DNA from: Ignavibacteriota bacterium
Lineage (GTDB): Bacteria > Bacteroidota > Ignavibacteria > UBA10030 > UBA6906
Assembly (NCBI GenBank): GCA_963801355.1
Contig: CAWDEM010000004.1
Span: 384,001-448,000, forward strand
DNA: 64,000 nucleotides
Direction of reading: 5' to 3'
Below, one piece after another: positions 49,318 through 58,858 of the stretch. The notes beneath the pieces were generated by a model. That model searched no databases. It was not told the origin of the DNA and worked only from the letters and a program-made list of their open reading frames with translations. The stretch's first letter is position 1. Each line of letters opens with the position of its first letter. A program made the position numbers and the translations under genes.

Positions 49318-51039
49318 ATGAAGTTAGCACTGTATGTCGCTGCAGCTCTTGTTGCCGTTCTTGGGGCTGGTTGTGGCTCCGGGAGTGAGGGGGTGTTGGA
49401 GGCCAGGGCGCCGGGCTTGGCGCAGCGCATTTCGGGCACCGATTCCGCCCGGCAATTGGCAATGCAGCATTTTGTGGATGGTTCCATCGAGGAAGTCAAG
49501 GGCAATTTTGCGAAAGCGGTTCTTGAGTTCCAGGATGCGCTCCGCTATGACCAGGATCCCGCCATTTACTATGCTCTTTCGAAGAATTATTCACTTCTGG
49601 GCAAGCACACCTCTGCCATTGAAAATGCACGCGAGGCGGTCAAACGTGCACCGGATGAACTGACCTATCGCCGCAACCTTGCCGAAATCTATGCGATGGC
49701 GTTTGAATACGATGCTGCGGCCGGCCAATTCGAGGAAATCATCAGCCGCGATTCCTCACAGATTGAGGCGTGGTACAGTCTTGCACGACTGTGTCAGCCG
49801 CGGAAACCGTTGCGCGCACTCGAGGTGTACGGGCAGATACTCCATCGTTTCGGTCCGGACTGGGATGTGCTGTTGCAGGTTGCCGATATCAACAACAAGC
49901 TGGGCCATTATGACAAGGCGGCCGATGCGCTGCGCGAGATGTCGCTGATCGATCCGGCCAATAAAGCACTGAAGCAGAGTCTTGCCCAGACCTACGCGCG
50001 CGCCGAGAAGTACGATTCGTCCCTCGCGGTATACGAAGAACTCCGCGAACTGAATCCGGAGGATATGGATGTTTTGGCGGAAATGGCCGGGGTCCGGCTC
50101 GTTCGCGGAGAATCCGCTAAGGCGACGGAAGAATTTGAAAAAATCCTGAGTCGCGACTCGGTTGCCGTCGACGTCAAACTCCGTATCGGCGAGATGTATT
50201 TTGGACAGCTCGGGAAGGACTCGACGCTGGCGCCGCTCACCAGGAGAGTGTTCGAGCGGATTGCGGCGAGCCATCCGGAAGATTGGCGTCCGTTCTGGTT
50301 CCTCGGTGCAGTCGGCTCCATGATGCACGACGATTCTGTAGCTGTGAAGAACTTCCGACGCGTCACTGAACTGGCAGGCTGGAATGCCGACGCGTGGGTG
50401 TATCTCTCTTCGGTGTTCCTCGGCAAGAACAATTTTGAAGAAGTTGCCGCAATTCTCGAATCCGCCGTGCGCATAGTGCCGGACGACTACCGCGTCAATT
50501 TCTTTCTCGGGATCTCCTACAGCAGGATGGGCCGTCCTCTCGATGCAGCGCGTGTCCTCGAACGCGCTCGCCAGATCAATCCCAAAGAAGTAGATGCGGT
50601 GGCGCAGCTTGCACTCGTCTATGACGGCATAAGCCGGTTCGAAGAGTCCGACGCGTTGTATGAAGAAGCCCTGCGCCTGGAACCTGCCAATGCGCTGGTC
50701 CTGAATAACTATGCGTACAGCCTCGCGGAACGGAATATCCACCTGGACCGCGCACTTGAGATGTCCCGCAAGGCTGTCGACGCCGATCCCGGGAACACGT
50801 CATATCTTGATACCATCGGCTGGATCTACTACCGCCTGGGGAATTACAAGGAAGCCGAGCGCTACGTCAAGGAAGCGATCGGCAAAGGTGAAGTCAACGC
50901 AGTGGTGTACGAGCATCTTGGCGATATCTACTTCCAGCTCGACCAGAAAGATCTGGCAATCGAGCAATGGAATCTTGCCTTGAAGCTCGACACCAACAAC
51001 GCTGCGCTGCGTGACAAGATTGCCCGCGGGTCGCTCTGA
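49318..51039 (+). CDS. TPR-repeat lipoprotein
   Basis: Lipobox GAGC, many TPRs, LNNYAYSLA, YLDTIGWIYY, EHLGDIY. Confidence 0.88.
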   Translation: MKLALYVAAALVAVLGAGCGSGSEGVLEARAPGLAQRISGTDSARQLAMQHFVDGSIEEVKGNFAKAVLEFQDALRYDQDPAIYYALSKNYSLLGKHTSAIENAREAVKRAPDELTYRRNLAEIYAMAFEYDAAAGQFEEIISRDSSQIEAWYSLARLCQPRKPLRALEVYGQILHRFGPDWDVLLQVADINNKLGHYDKAADALREMSLIDPANKALKQSLAQTYARAEKYDSSLAVYEELRELNPEDMDVLAEMAGVRLVRGESAKATEEFEKILSRDSVAVDVKLRIGEMYFGQLGKDSTLAPLTRRVFERIAASHPEDWRPFWFLGAVGSMMHDDSVAVKNFRRVTELAGWNADAWVYLSSVFLGKNNFEEVAAILESAVRIVPDDYRVNFFLGISYSRMGRPLDAARVLERARQINPKEVDAVAQLALVYDGISRFEESDALYEEALRLEPANALVLNNYAYSLAERNIHLDRALEMSRKAVDADPGNTSYLDTIGWIYYRLGNYKEAERYVKEAIGKGEVNAVVYEHLGDIYFQLDQKDLAIEQWNLALKLDTNNAALRDKIARGSL

Positions 51040-51812
51040 TGAGGGGCCCGGGCGCTGGTGTTCTGCTCTCCCTCGCCCTGATGCTTCCCGCCTGTGCACC
51101 GACGCGGGAGGCACTTCTGCTGGATGTGGAACGGCTTCCCTTCGATGAACTTATGGCGATTGTGCGTGCAGAGGAAACGGTGTTGAGTTCATTTACCGGA
51201 CGCGGGTCGGTGGCTTTCGACTCTCCCGAGCTGAGCGGGTCTGTGTTCTTCGCCGTCGCCCTGCGCAATCGCGACTCGATGCTGGTGCGGTTTGAAGGGC
51301 CGTTCGGCCTCGACGCGGGCTTCCTGTTCGCCGACAGAGAGCGGTTCGTTCTCTACAACGCGATGGAAAATTGGTACGCTGAGGGATTCACGAGCAGCAC
51401 CGGCATCCGTTCGGTGCTCCCGATCGACCTCTCGTTCGACCAGTTGATTGACGCCTTCACCGGTACGTTTCGTCTGCCATCCGGCCGCCGGCCGGCGCGC
51501 TACGTGGTCGATGATGATCGGTTTCTCCTTGTGTTCCCACGGGAGAGTGATTCCGCGATGTACTGGATTGACCCAGCTTTGCGAGCGGTGACGCGGTACT
51601 GCCTTGCGCACGGAGACTCCTCTCTGGTGGACGTGTCGATGGATCGTTGGACGGGGGATGCCGGCGCGACCATGCCGCACAGTATCACTATGACGTTCCC
51701 GCTCTCATCCCGCGGCGTGTCGGTGTTCTACTCTTCTCTTGCGGTGAACCCGTCTGAGGTTTCACTCTCCTACACCATTCCCGCCCGTGCCCGGCGGCGC
51801 ACGCTGCGGTAA
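51039..51812 (+). CDS. DUF4292-like lipoprotein
   Basis: Lipobox LPAC; TPR-DUF4292-EnvC gene order typical of Bacteroidota. Confidence 0.65.
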   Translation: MRGPGAGVLLSLALMLPACAPTREALLLDVERLPFDELMAIVRAEETVLSSFTGRGSVAFDSPELSGSVFFAVALRNRDSMLVRFEGPFGLDAGFLFADRERFVLYNAMENWYAEGFTSSTGIRSVLPIDLSFDQLIDAFTGTFRLPSGRRPARYVVDDDRFLLVFPRESDSAMYWIDPALRAVTRYCLAHGDSSLVDVSMDRWTGDAGATMPHSITMTFPLSSRGVSVFYSSLAVNPSEVSLSYTIPARARRRTLR

Positions 51813-51828
51813 ACGTTCGGGAAGACCT

Positions 51829-53073
51829 ATGACCGCCCGCCGAACCTGGCCCTGTTCACCAAACTTCTTCCGAGCCCTTCTGGTCGCCGGTCTGAGTGCG
51901 ATTGTTCTCGTCTGCTGGCCTTCGGGTGGACCGCTCGTTGCGCAGGAAGAAATCCACCGACGTCTGGAAGCCCTGGACGCTCTCAGAACAAAAATCCGCG
52001 CGCTGGAAGAGAAGAGCAAGGTGCAGCAGAAAAATGAAAGCGAAGCCCTCGAACTTGTCGACACGTATGACCGCAAGGCATCGCTTCTCCGTCAGTTGAT
52101 CAGCAGGTTGAAGGCGGAGGAACGAAAACTGCAGGTGTCGATTGACACAACCCGCGTTACACTGCAAACGCTTGATCATCAGCTCGCATTCTTGAAGGAC
52201 CATTACGCCCGGTACGTCCGTTCCATTTATCGATCCGGGAGGTACCTCGATGTGGAACTCCTGTTGACCGCTGCGTCGTGGAACCAGTTCGCAATCAGGA
52301 GCGAGTATCTACGGCGATTCACCGATCAACGCCGTCGGGATGCCAAACAGATCGCGGCCAAGACGCGGCAGGTTGAGTCATCACAGTCCCGTGCCCAGAG
52401 ACAGTTGAATGAGGAGCGGAGGCTGATTGCCGAGAAGGGTGCGGAGGAAGACCGCCTTGCGTCCCTCGCCGCGGAGCGGAGAGAAGTCCTGCGCCGTATT
52501 CAGAAAGACAAGAAACTGCTCGGCCAGCAGATACAGCGCCAGTTGCGTGCTGCGCGTGAAATGGAACAGATGATCGCCGATCTCGTCGAGAAGGACCGCA
52601 TCAAGAAGGAGAAGGTTGAGGTCGACCACAAACTCCCCCGGCTGCCCCAGCCACCGGGCATCGGTGAAGAGTTCGTCGAGCGTAAGGGGAACCTGCGCTG
52701 GCCCGTCAGTGCCGGCAGCATTGTGGCACGCTTCGGGCCCCAGCAACACCCCACACTGCGGACGGTGACGTACAACACCGGGATCGATATCGCTGTCGAC
52801 GCCGGAACACCGGTCAGTGCCGTAGCCGGCGGGGAAGTGGCGACGATCAACTGGCTGCCGGGGTATGGGAACCTCATTATCCTCAACCACCAGAACGGGT
52901 ATCGCACTGTCTACACGCATCTGGGAGAAATATCGGTTGTGCAGGGCCAGAGGGTTGCAGAAGGCGCGCTGATTGGCACCAGTGGTGACTCGCTCGACGG
53001 ACCGCGGCTGCACTTTGAGTTATGGAAGGACCGGGAAAAACAGAATCCCGAACTCTGGCTCAGCCGTCACTAG
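51829..53073 (+). CDS. envC: Murein hydrolase activator EnvC (coiled coil + M23 domain)
   Basis: Long coiled coil, KGNLRWPV, NTGIDI, YGNLIIL.H, YTHL, LHFEL. Confidence 0.8.
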   Translation: MTARRTWPCSPNFFRALLVAGLSAIVLVCWPSGGPLVAQEEIHRRLEALDALRTKIRALEEKSKVQQKNESEALELVDTYDRKASLLRQLISRLKAEERKLQVSIDTTRVTLQTLDHQLAFLKDHYARYVRSIYRSGRYLDVELLLTAASWNQFAIRSEYLRRFTDQRRRDAKQIAAKTRQVESSQSRAQRQLNEERRLIAEKGAEEDRLASLAAERREVLRRIQKDKKLLGQQIQRQLRAAREMEQMIADLVEKDRIKKEKVEVDHKLPRLPQPPGIGEEFVERKGNLRWPVSAGSIVARFGPQQHPTLRTVTYNTGIDIAVDAGTPVSAVAGGEVATINWLPGYGNLIILNHQNGYRTVYTHLGEISVVQGQRVAEGALIGTSGDSLDGPRLHFELWKDREKQNPELWLSRH

Positions 53074-53089
53074 GAGACAGAACAGTCTC

Positions 53090-54256
53090 ATGAAGCTCCG
53101 ATCGTACGCCGCCGCCAGCGTTTTGTGCGCTGCTCTTGCGCCTCCTCTCCTCCCCGCGCAGATACTCAGTGTGCCCCCGCGTCCCGCCGGGGCACCGGGT
53201 GGCGACGCATTTGCAGCGTCAGTGTCTTCGCTGACGCGCGAACAGCGCGAAGAACAGATCTTCCTGGAGGTGACATCCGGCAACGTGCCCGACTTTTTCC
53301 GCCGGTGCGTTCCGATCACCACTATGATTTCCCTCCTTGACGGCAAGCTCAGAACCGCACAATGGTATGTGACTCCGGAGTACATCGCGATCGGGAGCGA
53401 CGACGACTACTTCCTGATGCCTATGACTCCGGTGTGCGCACAGAAAATCGCCGATGCCCTTGGCTGCTCACTGCCGACGCGAAAAATGGTCGACGCCATC
53501 TACTCCGCCGCATCCGTCAAAGTCGCGCCGATTCCGATTCCGCCGAGCGCGGCAATGATCACCGTTCCTGTGTTCAAGCAACACAACGACACGCTGCGGC
53601 TTCAGCGCGCTGCGCTTCTTGCGGAGCATCCACTCGGTGAACTGGTGGCGGGCCACAAGAAAGACGTGATCATCTCGAATGCCATTACCACGAACCTCAA
53701 ACCCGCTGTACCGAAACCGGTGGTAATTTATGGCTGGCACCAGCTCAACGGAGTCCCGATACAACCCCTGTATAACGGCCATGCGGAAACATATGCGGAT
53801 TACAGCCACGGCATACGGCTGGTGCAGCGTGCCGTGCTTCTCGACAGTGCTGTCACGACCCTGGAAGACGTACTGCGGGACGGAGTGCTGTGGCCTTTGC
53901 TCAGTGATGAGGGGGCGATAGCACATCCGCGCTATGGAGAGCTGCCCACTTCGGCTCCACGCGAGGACGCCGCTCCTGCAGCTCCTGAAGGCTTCGAACT
54001 CCTGCAGAACTATCCGAATCCATTCAATCCGAGAACAACGATAGGCTACCGGCTGGAGGCGGAAGGCGACAGGTGGGTGACGCTTGCCGTGTACGACCTG
54101 CTGGGCCGGGAGGTGGCTCTATTGGTGAACGAACAAAAGGGGGCGGGGGAGTACGCCGTTTCCTTTGATGCGGGCGGTTTGTCGAGCGGTTTCTATCTCT
54201 GCCGGCTGCGGACGGGGACAGAGGCGGCGGTGCGGGGTATGGTGTTGATGCGGTGA
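53090..54256 (+). CDS. Secreted protein with uncharacterised N-terminal domain and T9SS-type CTD
   Basis: Signal peptide; AGHKKDV, IYGWH, YADYSHG; C-terminal LLQNYPNPFNP. Confidence 0.7.
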   Translation: MKLRSYAAASVLCAALAPPLLPAQILSVPPRPAGAPGGDAFAASVSSLTREQREEQIFLEVTSGNVPDFFRRCVPITTMISLLDGKLRTAQWYVTPEYIAIGSDDDYFLMPMTPVCAQKIADALGCSLPTRKMVDAIYSAASVKVAPIPIPPSAAMITVPVFKQHNDTLRLQRAALLAEHPLGELVAGHKKDVIISNAITTNLKPAVPKPVVIYGWHQLNGVPIQPLYNGHAETYADYSHGIRLVQRAVLLDSAVTTLEDVLRDGVLWPLLSDEGAIAHPRYGELPTSAPREDAAPAAPEGFELLQNYPNPFNPRTTIGYRLEAEGDRWVTLAVYDLLGREVALLVNEQKGAGEYAVSFDAGGLSSGFYLCRLRTGTEAAVRGMVLMR

Positions 54257-54373
54257 ACACATACGACCCCTTGGGGGGGGAAGGGAACAAACCTTTTTGA
54301 CCGACTGTTGTCAAAAGGAGAGAGAGGAAGTCGTTGTGCAAACACCATATCATTCACAATACCGGAGCATCGC

Positions 54374-54691
54374 ATGAAGCGCATATTGCTTTTTGTGCTC
54401 TCTGTGGCACTTCTCGGCAGTGTAGCGTCCGCACAGACTGCGACACCGAAGGTAACTAAACGCCAGATCCATCAGCAGCAACGGATCAAAGAGGGTGTCA
54501 AGAGTGATGAGCTGACGAAGGGAGAGGCTAAACGACTGGAAGCTCAGCAAGGCAAGATCGCCGTGGACAAAGCCAAGGCCAAATCGGACGGCGTCGTCAC
54601 GAAAGAGGAACGCGCGAAGCTGCGGCGGGAGCAAAACCGCGCGAGCAAGAATGTCTATAGGAAGAAACACAACGCGGCGGATCGCAACTGA
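54374..54691 (+). CDS. Small secreted basic protein (RQ..QQ.RI..G...G.LT repeat type)
   Basis: Signal peptide, RQIHQQQRIKEGVKSDELT...AKSDGVVT..ER...KHN. Confidence 0.7.
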   Translation: MKRILLFVLSVALLGSVASAQTATPKVTKRQIHQQQRIKEGVKSDELTKGEAKRLEAQQGKIAVDKAKAKSDGVVTKEERAKLRREQNRASKNVYRKKHNAADRN

Positions 54692-54715
54692 GCGTCTGTT
54701 CGTGTTCCTTGTACA

Positions 54716-54750
54716 CGGCGGATCCGCTGCCGGGCGGTTCCGCCGCTTTG
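54716..54750. terminator. Probable terminator between convergent genes
   Basis: CGGCGGATCCGC...GCGGTTCCGCCG followed by CTTTG. Confidence 0.55.
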
Positions 54751-56421
54751 TTAGCGCGAGAGCTTCTTGTATTTAATTCTGCGCGGCCGGTCGGCCTCGA
54801 TGCCCAGGCGCTTGTGTCTATCAACCTCGTATTCACTGTAGTTCCCGTCGTACCAGACCACTTTGCTTTCCCCTTCGAATGCGAGGATGTGCGTGGCGAT
54901 CCGGTCGAGGAACCACCGGTCGTGGGAAATCACCACCGCGCATCCGGCGAATGCGAGGATGGCGTCTTCCAGCGCCCGGAGTGTGTGGACGTCAAGATCG
55001 TTCGTCGGTTCATCCAGCAACAGCACATTGCCCCCCTCCTTGAGCATTTTGGCGAGGTGAACACGATTGCGTTCACCCCCTGAGAGCGCGACGGTTTTCT
55101 TCTGCTGATCCGTTCCGCTGAAGTTGAACCGTGCCACGTAGGCACGGGAGTTCACTTCCCGGTGACCGAGTTGCAGAATATCTTCGCCCCCCGAGATCTC
55201 CTGCCAGATGCTTTTATTCGGATCGAGTGGTCGATTCTGGTCGATGTATCCGATCTTCACCGTGTCACCGGTTTTGAATGTACCGCTGTCCGGTTTCTCC
55301 TGGCCGATGATCATTTTGAACAGCGTGGTTTTTCCCGCGCCGTTCGGGCCGATGACGCCGATGATGCCACCCGGAGGCAGCTGGAAGGTCAGATCTTCAA
55401 AGAGAACGTTGTCGCCGTATGCTTTGCTGACGTGAAGGGCTTCGACTACGACATTGCCAAGGCGGGGGCCGGGAGGTATGAAGATCTCCAATTCTTCGTT
55501 GCGCTTCTCCGTTTCTTCTGCGAGCAGGTTCTCGTAGGCCGTGATACGTGCTTTGCTCTTTGCGTGGCGCCCGCGTGGGTTCATGCGGATCCATTCAAGT
55601 TCACGTTCGAGAGTTTTCTGACGTTTCGACTCCTGCTTCTCTTCTATCGCCAGGCGTGCCCTTTTTTGCTCGAGCCATGATGAATAGTTGCCCTGGAACG
55701 GAATTCCCTGGCCCCTGTCCAGTTCGAGGATCCATCCCGCAACGTTGTCCAGAAAATAGCGGTCATGCGTCACGGCCAGGACGGTCCCCTCGTACTCCGC
55801 CAAATGCCGTTCGAGCCATGCCACAGATTCGGCGTCGAGATGGTTTGTGGGTTCATCAAGCAGCAGCACATCGGGTTTTTGAAGCAGCAACCGGCAGAGC
55901 GCGACGCGCCTCCGCTCTCCGCCGGAGAGTACCTTTACAGAAGTTTCCCCGGGAGGACACCGGAGAGCGTCCATGGCCTGTTCAAGCTTGCTCTCGAGGT
56001 CCCATGCATTCAGGTGGTCGATCTTCTCCTGCAAAGCCGCCTGCTTCTCGAGCAGTCTGTCAAAATCGGCGTCGGGATCGGAGAGCTGGTTGCTCACCTC
56101 TTCATACTGCCGGAGAATTGCCGTGGTTGCAGCGACTCCTTCTTCTACAATCTCACGGACAGTCTTCGTGGCATCCAGCTCCGGCTCCTGCGGAAGGTAA
56201 CCGAAGGTGATTCCTTTCTGCACGGTGATCTCGCCGAGGTAGTCCTTGTCAACGCCGGCAATGATCTTCAGGATCGAGCTCTTGCCCGCGCCGTTCAATC
56301 CGAGCACCCCGATCTTTGCGCCATAGAAGAACGAAAGATAGATATCCTTGAGAACCTGCCGGTTGGGAGGGTATACCTTCCCAACGCCGACCATCGAAAA
56401 GATGATTTTGTTGTCAGCCAT
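54751..56421 (-). CDS. ettA: Energy-dependent translational throttle ABC-F protein
   Basis: LSFFYGAKIGVLGLNGAGKS, LSGGERRRVALCRLLL, two NBDs, SHDRWFLDRIATHILAFEG. Confidence 0.95.
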   Translation of the reverse strand: MADNKIIFSMVGVGKVYPPNRQVLKDIYLSFFYGAKIGVLGLNGAGKSSILKIIAGVDKDYLGEITVQKGITFGYLPQEPELDATKTVREIVEEGVAATTAILRQYEEVSNQLSDPDADFDRLLEKQAALQEKIDHLNAWDLESKLEQAMDALRCPPGETSVKVLSGGERRRVALCRLLLQKPDVLLLDEPTNHLDAESVAWLERHLAEYEGTVLAVTHDRYFLDNVAGWILELDRGQGIPFQGNYSSWLEQKRARLAIEEKQESKRQKTLERELEWIRMNPRGRHAKSKARITAYENLLAEETEKRNEELEIFIPPGPRLGNVVVEALHVSKAYGDNVLFEDLTFQLPPGGIIGVIGPNGAGKTTLFKMIIGQEKPDSGTFKTGDTVKIGYIDQNRPLDPNKSIWQEISGGEDILQLGHREVNSRAYVARFNFSGTDQQKKTVALSGGERNRVHLAKMLKEGGNVLLLDEPTNDLDVHTLRALEDAILAFAGCAVVISHDRWFLDRIATHILAFEGESKVVWYDGNYSEYEVDRHKRLGIEADRPRRIKYKKLSR

Positions 56422-57199
56422 GATCCACCAGCATAACCGGTTGCAGTGATGTGAGAACGGGTTCTCCGGGATAATAGACGCGCTCCAGGAAGAGTCCGGA
56501 AGGAGGAGCCGTCAGGCGTGCCGGGGCGTCCGAGTGACTGCTCAGGTACCCCTGTACGTCGTTCAGCGACAGTGTACCGCGGCCTACACCTGCGAGCACG
56601 CCTACCAGACGGCGCACCATCTTCCAGATGAAGTGTGAACCGCGGATGCGGAACAGAATGAGATCGCCAACTCCCTCGAGCCGAAGTTCTTCGATAAGGA
56701 CCTTGGTCGATGGTCGTTCGGGGTCTTCCTCGGCAAAAGAACGAAAGTCTTTCATGCCGCGGAACAACTCCATGGCCTCAGCCATACGCGCTGCATCGAG
56801 AGGGTCCTTGATCCACCAGACGAAACGTTTGCCCAGTGCTGTCCGGCGCCGGGAGATCTGGTATAGGTAACTGCGGGAAACGGCATGGTGTCGCGCATGG
56901 AAATTCGGCGTGGCTTTTGTGACACTCAGGATGTTAATATCCGCCGGCAGGATGTCATTGAGTTTCATGCGGAGGATCTCGGGGGCGAGCATGGTGCGCA
57001 GATCGAGATGGGCGACCTGCCCCAGCGCATGGACGCCGGCGTCGGTTCGACCCGCGCCATGGAACTCGAACTCCGTACTCTCTCCGACCTCCTGGATGGC
57101 ACGCTGAAGTTCCCCCTGTACAGAACGGGCGTTCTTCTGCACCTGCCAACCGCGGTAGCGGGTTCCTTCATATTCAATTGTCAGCCGGAAGCGTCCCAT
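56414..57199 (-). CDS. truA: tRNA pseudouridine(38-40) synthase
   Basis: IEYEGT.Y.GWQ.Q, GAGRTDAGVHA.GQ, FHAR, F..KMVR, TAPPSGLFL..V.Y. Confidence 0.95.
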   Translation of the reverse strand: MGRFRLTIEYEGTRYRGWQVQKNARSVQGELQRAIQEVGESTEFEFHGAGRTDAGVHALGQVAHLDLRTMLAPEILRMKLNDILPADINILSVTKATPNFHARHHAVSRSYLYQISRRRTALGKRFVWWIKDPLDAARMAEAMELFRGMKDFRSFAEEDPERPSTKVLIEELRLEGVGDLILFRIRGSHFIWKMVRRLVGVLAGVGRGTLSLNDVQGYLSSHSDAPARLTAPPSGLFLERVYYPGEPVLTSLQPVMLVDHG

Positions 57200-57201
57200 G
57201 G

Positions 57202-57237
57202 AAAATGAAAGGGGACCATGGGCACCCATGATCCCCT
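57202..57237 (-). terminator. Intrinsic terminator after the lipoprotein gene
   Basis: AGGGGACCATGGG/CCCATGATCCCCT hairpin followed on the minus strand by TTTCATTTT. Confidence 0.55.
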
Positions 57238-57258
57238 CCATGAAGGTTCAGAACCCAG

Positions 57259-57759
57259 TTACTTCATTTTCTTTGGCAGCTTTGCAGTCAGTGCATCGAC
57301 AAATGTGGAGTGGCTTGCCATGCTTTCCTTTGCCAGTGTGAGGGCTTCCTGGACCTGGTGTTCCACACCAACCAGTTCCTCCTGGGTCTTCTTGAGCGAT
57401 TCCATGACCACTTCATGCTTGGCATTGGGATCGTACGGTTTGAATCCCTTCATCCATGTGCTCATCGCTTCCTTCGCCGATGCGATCTTCTCCTTTGCGG
57501 CAAGGAGGTCCTTTACGTCGTGGCCGGCAAACTGCTTGGGCAGTTTCTTCGCCAGCGAATCATGCTTGGCGACCATAGCCGCAATCTGGGCGGTGGTTTC
57601 GTCAAGGCCGGACATCGCCTTCATCATGTCATCGTGCTTCTGCATGACTTCCGTGTTCAAGTCTGCTTCGAGTTTCTTCATCTGGTCGGATTTTCCACAT
57701 CCGGCGCAGAGCACCGCAACAGCGATGCATACAACCACCATCAACTGAAGTGCTTTCAT
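57259..57759 (-). CDS. Helical lipoprotein, hypothetical
   Basis: Lipobox CAGC; EVMQKHDDMM and AMSTWMKGF motifs; AGGAGG RBS. Confidence 0.7.
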   Translation of the reverse strand: MKALQLMVVVCIAVAVLCAGCGKSDQMKKLEADLNTEVMQKHDDMMKAMSGLDETTAQIAAMVAKHDSLAKKLPKQFAGHDVKDLLAAKEKIASAKEAMSTWMKGFKPYDPNAKHEVVMESLKKTQEELVGVEHQVQEALTLAKESMASHSTFVDALTAKLPKKMK

Positions 57760-57883
57760 GTGGCTACCCTCCTGTATGAGAGATTATGGTGAGGCAGGGG
57801 AAACGGATCCAATATACGAAGATTTTCTTTTCAAGTGAAGGGCATATGCATCCACGCACTTTTCGTGCTGAACGTAAGGAGAT

Positions 57884-58174
57884 TCAGCGAGGCGAAGAGG
57901 GTGAGTCTTCTGAAGTGATTTTCAACAGTTTTTGCAGCATCCGTTCTTCGGAGTGAAACACCTCTGAGAGGCCGTCGATAAAGAAATAGACGCGTTCTTT
58001 GGGTGTAATGAAAATACCGTTGCGGCGTGTCATGATTTGCTTCTGGACACCGAGGTATTCGTCCCGGTAGAGCATGCAATGATGCCGCTTGAGGTAGACA
58101 CTGGCAGTGAATTTCCATTGAGGTTCGGCAATGGTCATTGGAGCCGCTGGTTGGCCTTTTAGTGTGATTTGCAT
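57884..58174 (-). CDS. Small hypothetical protein (start uncertain)
   Basis: Globular-looking stretch WKFTASVYLKRHHCMLYRDEYLGVQKQI...YFFIDG in an otherwise empty gap. Confidence 0.4.
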   Translation of the reverse strand: MQITLKGQPAAPMTIAEPQWKFTASVYLKRHHCMLYRDEYLGVQKQIMTRRNGIFITPKERVYFFIDGLSEVFHSEERMLQKLLKITSEDSPSSPR

Positions 58175-58272
58175 CGTGTGGCAGTAATAAAGGATCCTGC
58201 ACAATAATATAGAAAATCCAGTTATTGCGCAATGGGATGCAGTGCACCGAGCATGCAGTGAACCAAGCCGGG

Positions 58273-58301
58273 TTGAAGGATTGCAGGAATCTTTGTATAC
58301 T
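58273..58301 (+). promoter_or_regulatory. Putative sigma70 promoter for the pseudo-tRNA / GIY-YIG / tRNA-Pro transcript
   Basis: TTGAAG-17 bp-TATACT. Confidence 0.55.
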
Positions 58302-58368
58302 TGTGACAATCACGTGCCCGACCGCGTCGGGACGGACCCGGCAGCAGACCGAGGTTTGGATTGGTTTT

Positions 58369-58463
58369 CGGGGCGTAGCTCAGCTCCGTCTCCGCCTTCG
58401 GCGGAGACGAGAGTTTCGTCCCCGACAGGGTCGGGGACGGACCCGGCAGCGCTTGGTGTGGGA
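58369..58463 (+). pseudogene. Degenerate 5' copy of tRNA-Pro with a double-hairpin insertion in the D-loop
   Basis: CGGGGCGTAGCTCAGC identical to tRNA nt 1-16, then an insert, then AGCGCTTGGTGTGGGA (tRNA has AGCGCTTGGTTTGGGA). Confidence 0.75.
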
Positions 58464-58477
58464 GCTTAGGAAGCAGC

Positions 58478-58744
58478 ATGTACGCTGTGTACGTATTGCA
58501 GAGTGAATTGGACGGAAGTTACTATGTGGGACAGACTTCCGATCTTGAAGATAGGCTGAAGCGCCACAATCGAGGAACCGAAAGGGCATCTCGAAGCAAG
58601 AGACCTTGGAGGCTGGTGTATGCAGAAGAGTACACCACCCGGCGCGAAGCAATGCACCGTGAAGAAGAAATCAAGGCGCGCAAGAAACGTGCGTTCATCG
58701 ACAAGCTTGTAGCAACACATCGGGGCGTAGCTCAGCCCGGCTAG
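58478..58744 (+). CDS. GIY-YIG nuclease (UPF0213/YhbQ-like)
   Basis: YAVYVLQS...YYVGQT.DL..RL..HN.G...RPW.LVY.E......A..RE..IK; stop codon lies inside the tRNA. Confidence 0.88.
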   Translation: MYAVYVLQSELDGSYYVGQTSDLEDRLKRHNRGTERASRSKRPWRLVYAEEYTTRREAMHREEEIKARKKRAFIDKLVATHRGVAQPG

Positions 58745-58795
58745 AGCGCTTGGTTTGGGACCAAGAAGTCGCAGGTTCAAATCCTGTCGCCCCGA
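58721..58795 (+). tRNA. tRNA-Pro (TGG)
   Basis: CGGGGCG acceptor stem, D arm TAGCTCAGCCCGGCTAGAGC, anticodon arm CTTGG-TTTGGGA-CCAAG, T arm GCAGG-TTCAAAT-CCTGT, CGCCCCG-A; no encoded CCA. Confidence 0.95.
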
Positions 58796-58858
58796 CGAAA
58801 AAAGGCAGTTTTGCACGGTAGGAAAAGGAACTGTGCGCAGATTGTGCGTGGTTTCATA

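Noticed and set aside
54273-54280. Poly-G tract as a phase-variation switch
   Set aside because: Short, intergenic, and part of a CCCC/GGGG hairpin-like region; no evidence that it lies in a promoter spacer.
58369-58795. Intron-containing or functional second tRNA-Pro
   Set aside because: The upstream copy has no T arm or 3' acceptor strand and a broken anticodon stem; the downstream tRNA is already complete.
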